Origin: a virus
Virus record (IMG/VR): IMGVR_UViG_3300042922_000836
Location: 32,001-96,000 of that record
Length of the DNA stretch: 64,000 nucleotides
Reading direction: 5' to 3' (one strand)
Position numbers and translations under genes: made by a program. Positions 17,592-26,916 of the stretch are shown piece by piece (position 1 is the first letter of the stretch; each line of letters begins with the position of its first letter). The notes under the pieces were generated by a model. That model was not told the DNA's origin. It did no database searches and worked only from the letters and a program-made list of their open reading frames with translations.

Positions 17592-18525
17592 TATTTGTTT
17601 CCTTTTCTTTTTTATTTTTATCGTGAAGTTCACGTAATTTTTTTATTATATAATCATAATCATAATGAGGTATTACACAGTCAGTACAGTCTTTCCATCC
17701 GTTGGAGAGAACTTTATAGTTCCCTCCACAGTCATCGTAACAGGATAAAGGACAAAAACAAAACAAGCATGAAAAAGTAGATTCTTGATTCTTTGATATT
17801 TTATGACATGGATATGCTTCACACCAAATATTCTGGAAAAACCTATAAGATCCTTCGTTTATTTTATAATATGTATAAAATTTAACCTTTTTTCTTAACA
17901 TACAAAAGGGTTCATTGTTATATAAATACTTGAATATTTTAAATGCTTGTGCATTTCCATGTATATCTAAAGTAAATATTTTATTAATTTGTCTTACATT
18001 TCCTTGATTACATTTACATTCATTTGTAAAAATAAAATTGATTTTTTCTAAAATGTCTTTTGTACCTAAAATATTTATTTGTAGTTGTTTGTTTTCGTCT
18101 ACATAAATACATCCGTCACCATCAATATAACCTCGTATAAAATCAGATTGATATTGTTTTGGCAGAACAGATTCATTTGGAAATATAAGAGAAAACGTTT
18201 TTTTAGGAATACAACCCAAATCAATTAAATTTTTAGCAAACTCTGTATTATTAATTACAAGTCTATAATTTAAGTATTTATTTTTAATATATTTTGGAAC
18301 TAATGGAGCATTAGAATTTATATCTAATTTAAATTGTTCTAAAATATATTTGTCTTTCCCTTGTAAACAAAACTCTAATTTTATCGCACGAACATTTCCG
18401 TTATGGTAACGAACTGAAACGTTACCATCAGCACATAAAAAACCTAACCAATATGCTTTTTGTCTATTATCTATTGTTTTAAAATAATCGACATTTACAT
18501 TATATTTTTTATATTTTTCTTTCAT
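17575..18525 (-). CDS. LAGLIDADG homing endonuclease fused to a cysteine-rich small (zf-like) domain
   Basis: AYWLGFLCADG and FIRGYIDGDG motifs; C-terminal 'CEAYPCH...CLFCFCPL...CGGNY...DCTDCVIPH'. ATG overlaps the nrdJ stop (TAATG). Confidence 0.85.
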   Translation of the reverse strand: MKEKYKKYNVNVDYFKTIDNRQKAYWLGFLCADGNVSVRYHNGNVRAIKLEFCLQGKDKYILEQFKLDINSNAPLVPKYIKNKYLNYRLVINNTEFAKNLIDLGCIPKKTFSLIFPNESVLPKQYQSDFIRGYIDGDGCIYVDENKQLQINILGTKDILEKINFIFTNECKCNQGNVRQINKIFTLDIHGNAQAFKIFKYLYNNEPFCMLRKKVKFYTYYKINEGSYRFFQNIWCEAYPCHKISKNQESTFSCLFCFCPLSCYDDCGGNYKVLSNGWKDCTDCVIPHYDYDYIIKKLRELHDKNKKEKETNNEKHN

Positions 18526-20774
18526 TAATTGCATCGACTCCAGCCACAGTCTAAACAAGCAATACATCCGTTTTCATGTTTTATTTTACTTCCACATTCA
18601 GGACATTTGTTATCGTCTGATGCTACTTTTTTGATTACGGTTTGTTCTGTTTCAACTGACTTGACTTCAGTAACTTCAAGATTATCATTCACAAATTCTT
18701 TGATTGTTCTTGAGATTATATCTGCACATGATAACCCATCTATCTGATCTCCTTTTGTCTTTGCCTTGCCACAAGCTGGACAGTTTATACCACGCAACTG
18801 GTCTGCAATTTCATCAATTACAACACCTGACCGTAATGCCAATGAAATCATTCTGTTAACCGCACCAATATTGGCTTGACAAATTCCACCCTTGGATGTA
18901 TTTACAAAACTTTCTACTATATTACCTTTATCATCTTTATTTATTGTCAAATATAGAGTACCACAAGCACACTTTTTACAATATGTATTTCCATGTGTTG
19001 TACCAATTTCCTTGCGTGAAACAGGTGTGATTGAGTTATATTTTATACCTTTATCTTCTACCTTTTCTTCGGCTTTAGGTGTTGTAGATGTTGTTAAAAT
19101 ACCTAACCGTTTGCAACCATCTCTGAAAATTGTAATACCTTTTAAACCTTTTTCCCAAGCATAAAGATATAATTGTTCAACATCTTCTATGGGAGTTGCC
19201 ATAGGTAAATTTACTGTAGAGCTGATTGCTGTATCGACATGATTTTGCATAACAGCTTGTACATCAACTCTGTCTTTCCAATTAATATCTGCCGATGAAA
19301 TGAAATAATCAGGACAATCTTTATTACCTGTTACAGCTTGATATTCATTTACAGCTTTGCAATATACATCATAAAATTTTACTTCACCACCGTTTAAACT
19401 TTCGGTTTTACGAGTATATTTAATTGCATATTCAGGTTCGCATCCACCTGTAACACCGAGCATTGTACCAATTGAACCTGTAGGTGCAATTGAAATTAAA
19501 GAACAATTTCTTAAACCATTTTCTCTTAATTTATCAATTTCATCTTCTGTAAAATGTACTTTTATAATTGTACTATTAAATAAAACATCTTTGTATTTAG
19601 GGAAAGAACCCTTTTCTTTTGCTAATTTATTACTTGCAAGAATAGCAGTTACAAATAATGTATTGAATATTTCATCAGCGAATATCTTTGACTTGTCAGA
19701 ACCGTATTTAATACCAAGTTTCATAAGTGCTGTACCAAATCCCATTGTACCAAGTCCAATATTTCTATATTTAATTGAATTCTCACTCTGCTCTTTTAAT
19801 GCATGATTATTTTTATTTTCGTCTATGATTGTATCTAATGCTCTAACAGCAGTTGCGATTGCTTTCATAAACTCATAATTATCAAAGGAAGAATTTTGTG
19901 TATAAGGATCAATAATAAACTCTGCCAAATTCAATGAACCTAAATTACAACAGAAATCTTTCGGCAACGGTTGTTCCCCGCAAGGATTACTTGTAGCTAT
20001 TTCATATTCATTATCAAATTCCATCAGGTTATAATTTCTAAATCTGTTAGTAAACAAACAAGCGGGATCTCCCCAATCATAACAATTTTCTACTAACAAT
20101 TTATATAACTTAATCGGAATAATATCATATTCAACATCATGACCATTGTAATTTTTTACTTCATGTAAAACAACTTGTTCACCTGTTAAATAAAATTGTT
20201 GAACTGCTTTCATGAATTCATCATCAATTTCAAGAGAAAGATTTGCCTTACTTATCTTGCTATCTCCCGCCTTAATTTTGATAAATTCTTCTGCCTCTTT
20301 ATGTCTTATATCAAGTGAAACCATCAAAGCACCTTTGCGTGAACCACCCTGAGATATTACAGAAGTTGTCTGATTAAATAATTCAAGAAAAGGAATTATA
20401 CCATCACTTGAATACCTGTTACCTATCGGAGTTCCCTTTGGTCTTACCTTTGTTAATGATAAACCTTGTCCACCCTGTGACTTATATGTAAGAGCAAGAT
20501 TTGTGTTTAATTCCATTATTCCTGTAAGTTCATCAGGACAATAACCTGAACTATAGCAGTTAAACATACTACCTTTTGAATTTGTATTTCTATTCGATAA
20601 GGCTCTGCCACCAAAGAGAAATTTTCTATTTTTTATTAAGTTTTTTAAATCATTATCTCTCCCTGATACTCTATCGAGCCATTCATCGAAACTCTCATTA
20701 TTGTATCGATATTTCTTCTCCCAAATATCAATTCCTAAAAAATTATCTTTTCCTAACCATTCTTGTACTGTCAT
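18525..20774 (-). CDS. nrdJ: Class II (B12-dependent) ribonucleotide reductase with C-terminal TSCPD/Zn-ribbon domain
   Basis: FNCY, SNPCGEQPL, CNLGSLNL, IAPTG and KGITIFRDG motifs; no beta subunit nearby. Confidence 0.9.
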   Translation of the reverse strand: MTVQEWLGKDNFLGIDIWEKKYRYNNESFDEWLDRVSGRDNDLKNLIKNRKFLFGGRALSNRNTNSKGSMFNCYSSGYCPDELTGIMELNTNLALTYKSQGGQGLSLTKVRPKGTPIGNRYSSDGIIPFLELFNQTTSVISQGGSRKGALMVSLDIRHKEAEEFIKIKAGDSKISKANLSLEIDDEFMKAVQQFYLTGEQVVLHEVKNYNGHDVEYDIIPIKLYKLLVENCYDWGDPACLFTNRFRNYNLMEFDNEYEIATSNPCGEQPLPKDFCCNLGSLNLAEFIIDPYTQNSSFDNYEFMKAIATAVRALDTIIDENKNNHALKEQSENSIKYRNIGLGTMGFGTALMKLGIKYGSDKSKIFADEIFNTLFVTAILASNKLAKEKGSFPKYKDVLFNSTIIKVHFTEDEIDKLRENGLRNCSLISIAPTGSIGTMLGVTGGCEPEYAIKYTRKTESLNGGEVKFYDVYCKAVNEYQAVTGNKDCPDYFISSADINWKDRVDVQAVMQNHVDTAISSTVNLPMATPIEDVEQLYLYAWEKGLKGITIFRDGCKRLGILTTSTTPKAEEKVEDKGIKYNSITPVSRKEIGTTHGNTYCKKCACGTLYLTINKDDKGNIVESFVNTSKGGICQANIGAVNRMISLALRSGVVIDEIADQLRGINCPACGKAKTKGDQIDGLSCADIISRTIKEFVNDNLEVTEVKSVETEQTVIKKVASDDNKCPECGSKIKHENGCIACLDCGWSRCN

Positions 20775-20821
20775 TGTTTTCTCCTTTGTTTTGTTAATTT
20801 TTATTTTTTATGTCAACAATG

Positions 20822-21403
20822 CTACATTACTTTCAGCATTGTAAACTTGCAATTAAGACCTTTTTGCCATACCATGTGACAATATTCTATCGAGTCTGTG
20901 CTACCGTCTTCAGTAAAACTTATCCTTTTGTGATGAACATATATATACTTAGGTAAACATTCATTGAAGAAAGGAAACCTATCTTTACTGCCAAGAAAAT
21001 TTAAACGCAATAACATTATTACGAAACCATTGTCGGCTACATCATCCAAAGCTTTTTTAATAATTGGAAGTGCCAAATTAAAAGGCGGGTTTGTAATTAT
21101 GATATTAGGTTTTTCTTTTATCTCATATGTAAGGTAATCGGCTTTTGTTTCTGCTAAACTATCCTGTCTTATATCCAATGTTTTCATTGAAACATCATCA
21201 TATATTTTTTTAATAGCTGTTGGATAAGACATAGGATGTTTTGTATCACCACCCGCACAAGGATCTAAAATAAGTGGTTGATGTTTAAAAATAGATTCTG
21301 ATTTTTCAAACTCATTTAAAAAATTTTCTATTATATTCATCGGAGTTATATAATAATCAGCTATATGCTGATTTCTTGCGTTTGACCTATTTGTTGATGA
21401 TAT
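20822..21403 (-). CDS. DNA amino-methyltransferase (probable ATA start)
   Basis: LDPCAG and TNPPF motifs. The frame extends upstream to ATA-TCA-TCA-ACA (SSTNR...DYYITP) behind RBS GAAAGGAAG. Confidence 0.8.
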   Translation of the reverse strand: MSSTNRSNARNQHIADYYITPMNIIENFLNEFEKSESIFKHQPLILDPCAGGDTKHPMSYPTAIKKIYDDVSMKTLDIRQDSLAETKADYLTYEIKEKPNIIITNPPFNLALPIIKKALDDVADNGFVIMLLRLNFLGSKDRFPFFNECLPKYIYVHHKRISFTEDGSTDSIEYCHMVWQKGLNCKFTMLKVM

Positions 21404-21404
21404 A

Positions 21405-21773
21405 TTATTTACTTCCTTTCATTGACCAAAATGTAATCATATTTGCAAATGATTTAGTTGGTGTTTCTTCTACTTCATTAAAATTTATAATATACAAAGG
21501 TTTCTTATAAGCAAATGCCATACCTAAATCAAATAAAGAACCTTGGCTATTTTTATCCCAAAAGATATAAACTTCATCTGCGTTTTCAATAGCTTTTCTA
21601 TTATCTTCACAAATTCTGTAACCGATTAGATCAGTTTGATTTGTATCTTTATCAGGATAATAAACTTTATTTCCATGTTCTTCTAATAAAGATATGAAAG
21701 ATTTTATTGCATTTTTTTGTTCTTCCGTTGCGTTTCTAACAGGACAAATTATAAAGATATTTATTTTATTCAC
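21405..21773 (-). CDS. Nucleoside 2-deoxyribosyltransferase-like protein
   Basis: 'IFIICPV...YYP...AIENADEV...SQGSLFDLGMAFAYKKP'. Confidence 0.75.
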   Translation of the reverse strand: MNKINIFIICPVRNATEEQKNAIKSFISLLEEHGNKVYYPDKDTNQTDLIGYRICEDNRKAIENADEVYIFWDKNSQGSLFDLGMAFAYKKPLYIINFNEVEETPTKSFANMITFWSMKGSK

Positions 21774-21778
21774 CTCTT

Positions 21779-22006
21779 TTAATCATATGTTTTGTATGGT
21801 TCACTTTCCCACTCACACTTGCATTTTTCACACTTATAACAGTCAATCTGCATAAATCCTTTAATTAAATCAACCCATTGTTTACAGAACAGTGTAGGAT
21901 GTTTTAATGGTGTTCCACAATTAGGGCATTTATTACATCCTATATTTGCTATTTCTTTAACAATTTTAGCTTTATTTACTTGTTTTATCGATTTTGTTAT
22001 TTTCAA
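21779..22006 (-). CDS. Small zinc-ribbon protein (paralogue 1)
   Basis: CPNC...CEKCKCEWESEPY. Confidence 0.65.
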   Translation of the reverse strand: MKITKSIKQVNKAKIVKEIANIGCNKCPNCGTPLKHPTLFCKQWVDLIKGFMQIDCYKCEKCKCEWESEPYKTYD

Positions 22007-22020
22007 TTATTGCACCTCTT

Positions 22021-22254
22021 TCAATAATACGATTTATACGGTTTACTTTGCCATTCAGTATCACAATTTCTACAACTATAACAATCGATTTCCAAAAAAC
22101 CTCTAATAAATGAAAATACCGTTTTAGTATGCATGGGATATAAATAATTTTCATTTTTTGTATTACACTCAGGGCATTTATCACAGTATTCATTTGCTGT
22201 TTTTCTTTTTATTTTTAATAAAGTAATTTTTCTACCGCTTTTTGTTATTTTCAA
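22021..22254 (-). CDS. Small zinc-ribbon protein (paralogue 2)
   Basis: Same MKITKS start; CPEC...CRNCDTEWQSKPY. Confidence 0.65.
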   Translation of the reverse strand: MKITKSGRKITLLKIKRKTANEYCDKCPECNTKNENYLYPMHTKTVFSFIRGFLEIDCYSCRNCDTEWQSKPYKSYY

Positions 22255-22269
22255 ATATAATTTTCCTTT

Positions 22270-22824
22270 CTAATTGTAAGCTACTGTATATTTTTTCATT
22301 GACCAAATACAAGACTTATATTCAAATTGTTGCAACATTTGTACTCCATTTGAAGTAAAATAAAGTCTTATGAATTCACAAGATGGATCTAATAAGCTTT
22401 CAGCAATGATTATTTCTATCTCTTTATAATTAATTTTATAATCAATATCAGTCATATGGTGATAATTAAAACCATTACATCCATTAAAATATAATGCATT
22501 AAATTCATCAATAGCAACATCACACGTAAGAGTTATCTCACACATTGTTTTATAACTTATTAAATTCGGATTATGAGATTTATTTTCGTTATTATCATCA
22601 AATGCTTTAAAAATTTCAATATATTTATTTTCTATTTCAGCTTCATGTTTTTGGATATATTCATGAATTGGATCGTATGGAAAAGCTAACTTGTAAAGAT
22701 TTTCTTTGATTTCTTTATTTTTTTGTTTCCAGAACTTGTATAGCCTTTCACATTCATTCTTTATATCTGCAACTAAAGCACTCCTATTTATATCACTCAT
22801 ATTCTTGCACTCATCCATCCGCAT
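22270..22824 (-). CDS. Hypothetical protein
   Basis: ORF in a contiguous minus-strand operon. Confidence 0.5.
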   Translation of the reverse strand: MRMDECKNMSDINRSALVADIKNECERLYKFWKQKNKEIKENLYKLAFPYDPIHEYIQKHEAEIENKYIEIFKAFDDNNENKSHNPNLISYKTMCEITLTCDVAIDEFNALYFNGCNGFNYHHMTDIDYKINYKEIEIIIAESLLDPSCEFIRLYFTSNGVQMLQQFEYKSCIWSMKKYTVAYN

Positions 22825-23135
22825 TGTCTACAAACATAAGCACTAAAATATAGATCAAATTCAGCAATTCTTTCACACTCTGGACATGATATTAAATTTT
22901 CTCTTATTTTTTTAGTAGTTTGAAATCCGATTGTAGTTATTATTTTATTATCCCTATTGTTTGTCATTTTTTCTAAACGCAGAAAATTTTCAAATATAAA
23001 AACAGTTACATCATCAGGAGTTACATTAGTTACAACACCGACAACATTATCATTTAACATAAAAGGTTGATTTATATCATCGTTTGTCATTGCATATTCA
23101 TTTTTAATTTTGATAGTCATGATATATCCTTTCAA
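22797..23135 (-). CDS. Hypothetical protein with C-terminal zinc ribbon
   Basis: CPEC...CRQCGW. Confidence 0.5.
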   Translation of the reverse strand: MKGYIMTIKIKNEYAMTNDDINQPFMLNDNVVGVVTNVTPDDVTVFIFENFLRLEKMTNNRDNKIITTIGFQTTKKIRENLISCPECERIAEFDLYFSAYVCRQCGWMSARI

Positions 23136-23507
23136 TTATCTTCGTTGATTATTCCATTCTTCAACTTTATCAAATACACTAAGCCAATCAGCAACCAAAT
23201 GCCTGTGGCAAAAATCAGATGGTTTTTCATAACATAAAAGAACCACATCAAAACCACCAGACATTATCTTTAATTCTTTTAATACCGATTGTCTATCAAG
23301 AACATCCAATACTTCTTTATTAAAATGCTCTATGTAAAAATTGTTATCGTGATTTTTCTTCCATTCCATAAAGAAATCATATTTGGGAGCAAGTTTTTTA
23401 TATTGTAAACCTTTATAATTATCAGGTGTTTTACCACAGATGGAGATAGGCACAATATCAGATGGAATTGATTTAAGCTTTGCAAAGTAACTTGTATATA
23501 TTCTCAT
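23136..23507 (-). CDS. DUF488-family protein
   Basis: IYTSYF, LAP and 'LLCYEKPSDFCHRHLVA' motifs. Confidence 0.8.
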   Translation of the reverse strand: MRIYTSYFAKLKSIPSDIVPISICGKTPDNYKGLQYKKLAPKYDFFMEWKKNHDNNFYIEHFNKEVLDVLDRQSVLKELKIMSGGFDVVLLCYEKPSDFCHRHLVADWLSVFDKVEEWNNQRR

Positions 23508-23521
23508 AAATATTATTTAAC

Positions 23522-23749
23522 TCAATCAAAATGATTTTCGATTTTTAAAAATCGCAAACATTTAATATCAAGAGATATAAAGTTTATATTTGTGAATTTT
23601 GCTAAAGCATCACTTTTTATTGTTAAATCATATAATGTTTCAGAATATTTACATACATCTTTTTTAGCACAATTATCACATAATGTTGATCTCTTTGGTA
23701 ATTCAACTCCAGCTATTAGAGTTCCCCATGATTTAGTATCATTGTTCAT
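23522..23749 (-). CDS. Hypothetical Cys-containing protein
   Basis: RBS plus ATG; CDNC...C motif. Confidence 0.5.
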   Translation of the reverse strand: MNNDTKSWGTLIAGVELPKRSTLCDNCAKKDVCKYSETLYDLTIKSDALAKFTNINFISLDIKCLRFLKIENHFD

Positions 23750-23770
23750 TTATTCAACCTCTTTCTTCTA

Positions 23771-23977
23771 TTAATTTTTTTCATAAGCATGATAACCATT
23801 ACCCATATTCATGATTGATATTGGTATAGATGATTGTCCGTCTATTTTAATTCTGCAATAACTGAAATCAACTACACCATTCGTAGCTGATGCTGTTATT
23901 TCATTGCCAGTTTCATCGAGAAGTATTATGTTAATTTCCTGACCGTCTTGTAAATCGGTTATTTTAAGTTGTTTCAT
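23771..23977 (-). CDS. Hypothetical protein
   Basis: Coupled (ATGA) to the upstream small ORF. Confidence 0.5.
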   Translation of the reverse strand: MKQLKITDLQDGQEINIILLDETGNEITASATNGVVDFSYCRIKIDGQSSIPISIMNMGNGYHAYEKN

Positions 23978-24147
23978 AAACTAAATAAACGAAATAAATT
24001 AAAATTTAATAAAACAAAATTTAATAAAGCTAATAAAATCATAATTATAAAAAAATATTTTTTTTGTTTTATAAAACTTATTGCTCCTGAAATACTAAAA
24101 TATAAGCCTAATATATTACACCCTATTAAAATAATAATTAATATCAT
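23974..24147 (-). CDS. Small membrane protein (57 aa; not in the ORF track)
   Basis: AGGAGAG RBS; MILIIILIGCNILGLYFSISG...; two hydrophobic stretches. Confidence 0.5.
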   Translation of the reverse strand: MILIIILIGCNILGLYFSISGAISFIKQKKYFFIIMILLALLNFVLLNFNLFRLFSL

Positions 24148-24168
24148 TTTCTACTCTCCTTATCTTAA

Positions 24169-24236
24169 TTACATATAAAATCTTTATGATATTTTAATTC
24201 TGCTTGTTCTCTTACTTTAACAGCTTGTTCAATGTT
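24169..24236 (-). pseudogene. Remnant of an HNH-AP2 endonuclease C-terminus
   Basis: Reads NIEQAVKVREQAELKYHKDFYM*, resembling NIQDAIDVRKEAEIKYFGKY (26197 ORF) and DIQDAIEVRHNAEINLHKNF (31266 ORF). No start. Confidence 0.6.
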
Positions 24237-24294
24237 TTACCGACAATATTGAGTAGTTAAATATCCATAATTTTCATTTACAATTACAGCCATT

Positions 24295-25512
24295 TTATTC
24301 TTTTATCTCCACTAAATAGCTAATAGTCATTTGATTTTCCTTATAAACAACAATTTCATCATTTTTTAACATTGAACCAGCATGTGCATGTAGACAATTA
24401 GCACCTTGACAAGCTTTTTGTAATTGGTCATAGTCAAAATCATAGAATTTACTATCAAACGAATATACATCATATGGTTTTCCATAAGCTACATTCATTA
24501 AAGCCATAAAACCTATATTAGAATTACCGTTTACCCAATATGAACCTTTTAAAGATGTATAACCCATTGATTTTCTTGCTGTAGGACTGTAATAACAACC
24601 ATTCCCAAACATTTTTCCTGTAATTATTGCATTTGTTGGTCTGAGTACTAAGCCACTGTTAATGATACTCCACCAATTTTCATTCCTACTTCCATGCCAT
24701 AAAAGTTTCGTTTCAGGATTTCCAGCAGACTGAACATATTTATCAAATCTCATCTGAGTTTTATTATTTTCGACTCTCCATGCTTGAAAAAATTTATTTG
24801 AACAAGAACCTAACGCACTATTAATTTTCATTTTATCCAAGTCTGTTATGTCAGCAAATTTCAATCCCAAAGCATCCAAAATAGTTAATTGTTTTACTTC
24901 ATTATTATCTTCAGGTTCATTACTTTCAACTTGTTGCTGTACTACTTGCCCTTTCATTATATCAAGTAAATCCTGTTCTCTTTGGACTATATTAGAGAAA
25001 TTATCTCGATTATTTGCAAGGTAATCTGAAACTTTGCTCATTTTCCTTGGAATAATTTTAAACAAATCAATAAGAATTTTATTAAAAGATTCAGTAGTAT
25101 CAGTACTTATAAGATTGGTTAAAGTAATCTGAGCTTCATCAACCATTGCTTTTGTAACTTTCGCAGAAGAAATTGTATAATTTTCACTGATTGCTTGTTT
25201 TGCCATTGTTTGTAACCGTTCAACTATTTTTGCTATTGATGGATTTTCAATATCTATGTATTCTTTCTTTTTCTCTTTAACAATTAAATCTGCAACTAAA
25301 TGACTCTGGTCAACATATCCTTTTTTTATTTTTTCATTATACTTCAAATAAAATTGGCTTATCGGATAGGAAGAAGTTTGAAACCCTCCAACTCCAATTC
25401 TGCCATATTCAACAGTAAACGTATTACCATTGGGTATCATACGATAAAATTTATTATGATTATCATCACCTGTTACCATGACAAGGTAGACAGGATTTTT
25501 TACTTCTTCCAT
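24295..25512 (-). CDS. PARP-family ADP-ribosyltransferase (WGR + helical + catalytic domains)
   Basis: WGR: NKFY...YGRIG...KKGY. Catalytic: LWHGS, GKMFGNGCYY, KSMGY, NDEIVVY (H-Y-E triad). Confidence 0.9.
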   Translation of the reverse strand: MEEVKNPVYLVMVTGDDNHNKFYRMIPNGNTFTVEYGRIGVGGFQTSSYPISQFYLKYNEKIKKGYVDQSHLVADLIVKEKKKEYIDIENPSIAKIVERLQTMAKQAISENYTISSAKVTKAMVDEAQITLTNLISTDTTESFNKILIDLFKIIPRKMSKVSDYLANNRDNFSNIVQREQDLLDIMKGQVVQQQVESNEPEDNNEVKQLTILDALGLKFADITDLDKMKINSALGSCSNKFFQAWRVENNKTQMRFDKYVQSAGNPETKLLWHGSRNENWWSIINSGLVLRPTNAIITGKMFGNGCYYSPTARKSMGYTSLKGSYWVNGNSNIGFMALMNVAYGKPYDVYSFDSKFYDFDYDQLQKACQGANCLHAHAGSMLKNDEIVVYKENQMTISYLVEIKE

Positions 25513-25523
25513 TTATTTACCTC

Positions 25524-25943
25524 TTACATATAACAAACAAGAATTTCTATATTTGTATCTGCAAACATTTCTTGAATTATATCTTTAACCTTATCCCAAT
25601 CAAGTCCATCAAGACCACAACCAATCCTTGGCATTGCAAGTTTTTCTATTTCAAGTCCGATTACAGCATCATGCAATTCAGATAAAGCCTCAATCAAACT
25701 ATCGTATGTAGGTTTCTGAAAATATTTATCTTTTGTAACAAGGTTAAATACATTATCAACAAGGATTACGCAATTATAATTTATACTGCCATACTTCTTA
25801 ACTAATTTTTCTCTCATGTTGTAAAGGAGATCAAACTGCTTTGCAACTCCAGCTCCTAACGCAAAATCTCCTGATATACAATGAGCAAAATAATATCCAT
25901 GCTCAACTCCAAATAAATTTCTATTTTCTTCTCTAAATGTCAT
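25524..25943 (-). CDS. Macrodomain protein (Poa1p/TARG1/DarG-like)
   Basis: AHCIS.D..LGAGVA, NLVTK and MPRIGCGLDGLDW motifs. Confidence 0.9.
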   Translation of the reverse strand: MTFREENRNLFGVEHGYYFAHCISGDFALGAGVAKQFDLLYNMREKLVKKYGSINYNCVILVDNVFNLVTKDKYFQKPTYDSLIEALSELHDAVIGLEIEKLAMPRIGCGLDGLDWDKVKDIIQEMFADTNIEILVCYM

Positions 25944-25983
25944 TTTTTAATTTCCTTTCTTTTCTTGTTTTATAATTTTATAC

Positions 25984-26181
25984 TTATTTTTGTTTGTCAC
26001 TTCTACTTGCCAATATGTGATATTTAATTTTTACACAATTGTGAGGATTACCTTTACAAATTTTTGCATCTTCACCTTGTTCACAAAGTAAATGTCCATT
26101 ATAATCATCACAATAATTACACCATGAACCATATTTGTTTTGTTTTTTATCTGGATTATGCCTTGGTTTACCTTTACCCAT
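25984..26181 (-). CDS. Small Cys-rich hypothetical protein
   Basis: RBS plus ATG; 65 aa. Confidence 0.5.
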   Translation of the reverse strand: MGKGKPRHNPDKKQNKYGSWCNYCDDYNGHLLCEQGEDAKICKGNPHNCVKIKYHILASRSDKQK

Positions 26182-26196
26182 ATTTATTAATCCTTA

Positions 26197-26913
26197 TTAA
26201 TTCATGCTTATTTCTGTTTTATCTATTCGTCTGTATTTGCCAAAATATTTTATTTCTGCCTCTTTCCTAACATCTATAGCATCTTGTATATTTTCAAAAA
26301 TACCTAAATATATTTTTTGCTTATTATAATTAATTTCTACTTGCCATTTATTAAGTTTTTTACAATAAGATACACCTGTACAACCGCTTGAGTTATTTTT
26401 ATATTTATTATGATTATAATTATTTTGTTGAATCTCAACAATTCTTAATTCACTTTTCCTATTATCATAATTAATTCCGAAAATATGGTCTACTATAAAT
26501 TTTGGTTTATTTATTATATCCATTAATAAACGATGCATTTTTATTATTTTATGTGATTTAATATCTTTTGAATTAAGATATTTATTTTTATCATATGACC
26601 AACAATAATTTTTAATTTTATCATAATCATTTAAGTCAAAATAAAATGGTTCTCCTTTTGATGTATATCCTATTCCGTATTCACCAGATAAATCATATGT
26701 ATTGTACTTTTTCATAACTTCTTTATGGTAACACCCACATGATTGAACATTTCCACTGATTAAAACACTTGAACTAACTGTAATTATATTTCCACAATTA
26801 CATTTACATTTCCATAAAACATAACCATATTTATTTCTTCCAAATTCTTCAAACACTTTTAATCTACCATATTGTTTTCCTAATAAATTTTTATATTTTG
26901 GTATAATCAACAC
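26197..26913 (-). CDS. HNH-AP2 homing endonuclease
   Basis: WKCKCNCG...SCGC, MHRLLM...DHI...DNRKSELR, AP2 'GCTGVSY...WQVEI...YLG.F'. Confidence 0.85.
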   Translation of the reverse strand: MLIIPKYKNLLGKQYGRLKVFEEFGRNKYGYVLWKCKCNCGNIITVSSSVLISGNVQSCGCYHKEVMKKYNTYDLSGEYGIGYTSKGEPFYFDLNDYDKIKNYCWSYDKNKYLNSKDIKSHKIIKMHRLLMDIINKPKFIVDHIFGINYDNRKSELRIVEIQQNNYNHNKYKNNSSGCTGVSYCKKLNKWQVEINYNKQKIYLGIFENIQDAIDVRKEAEIKYFGKYRRIDKTEISMN

Positions 26914-26916
26914 CCC

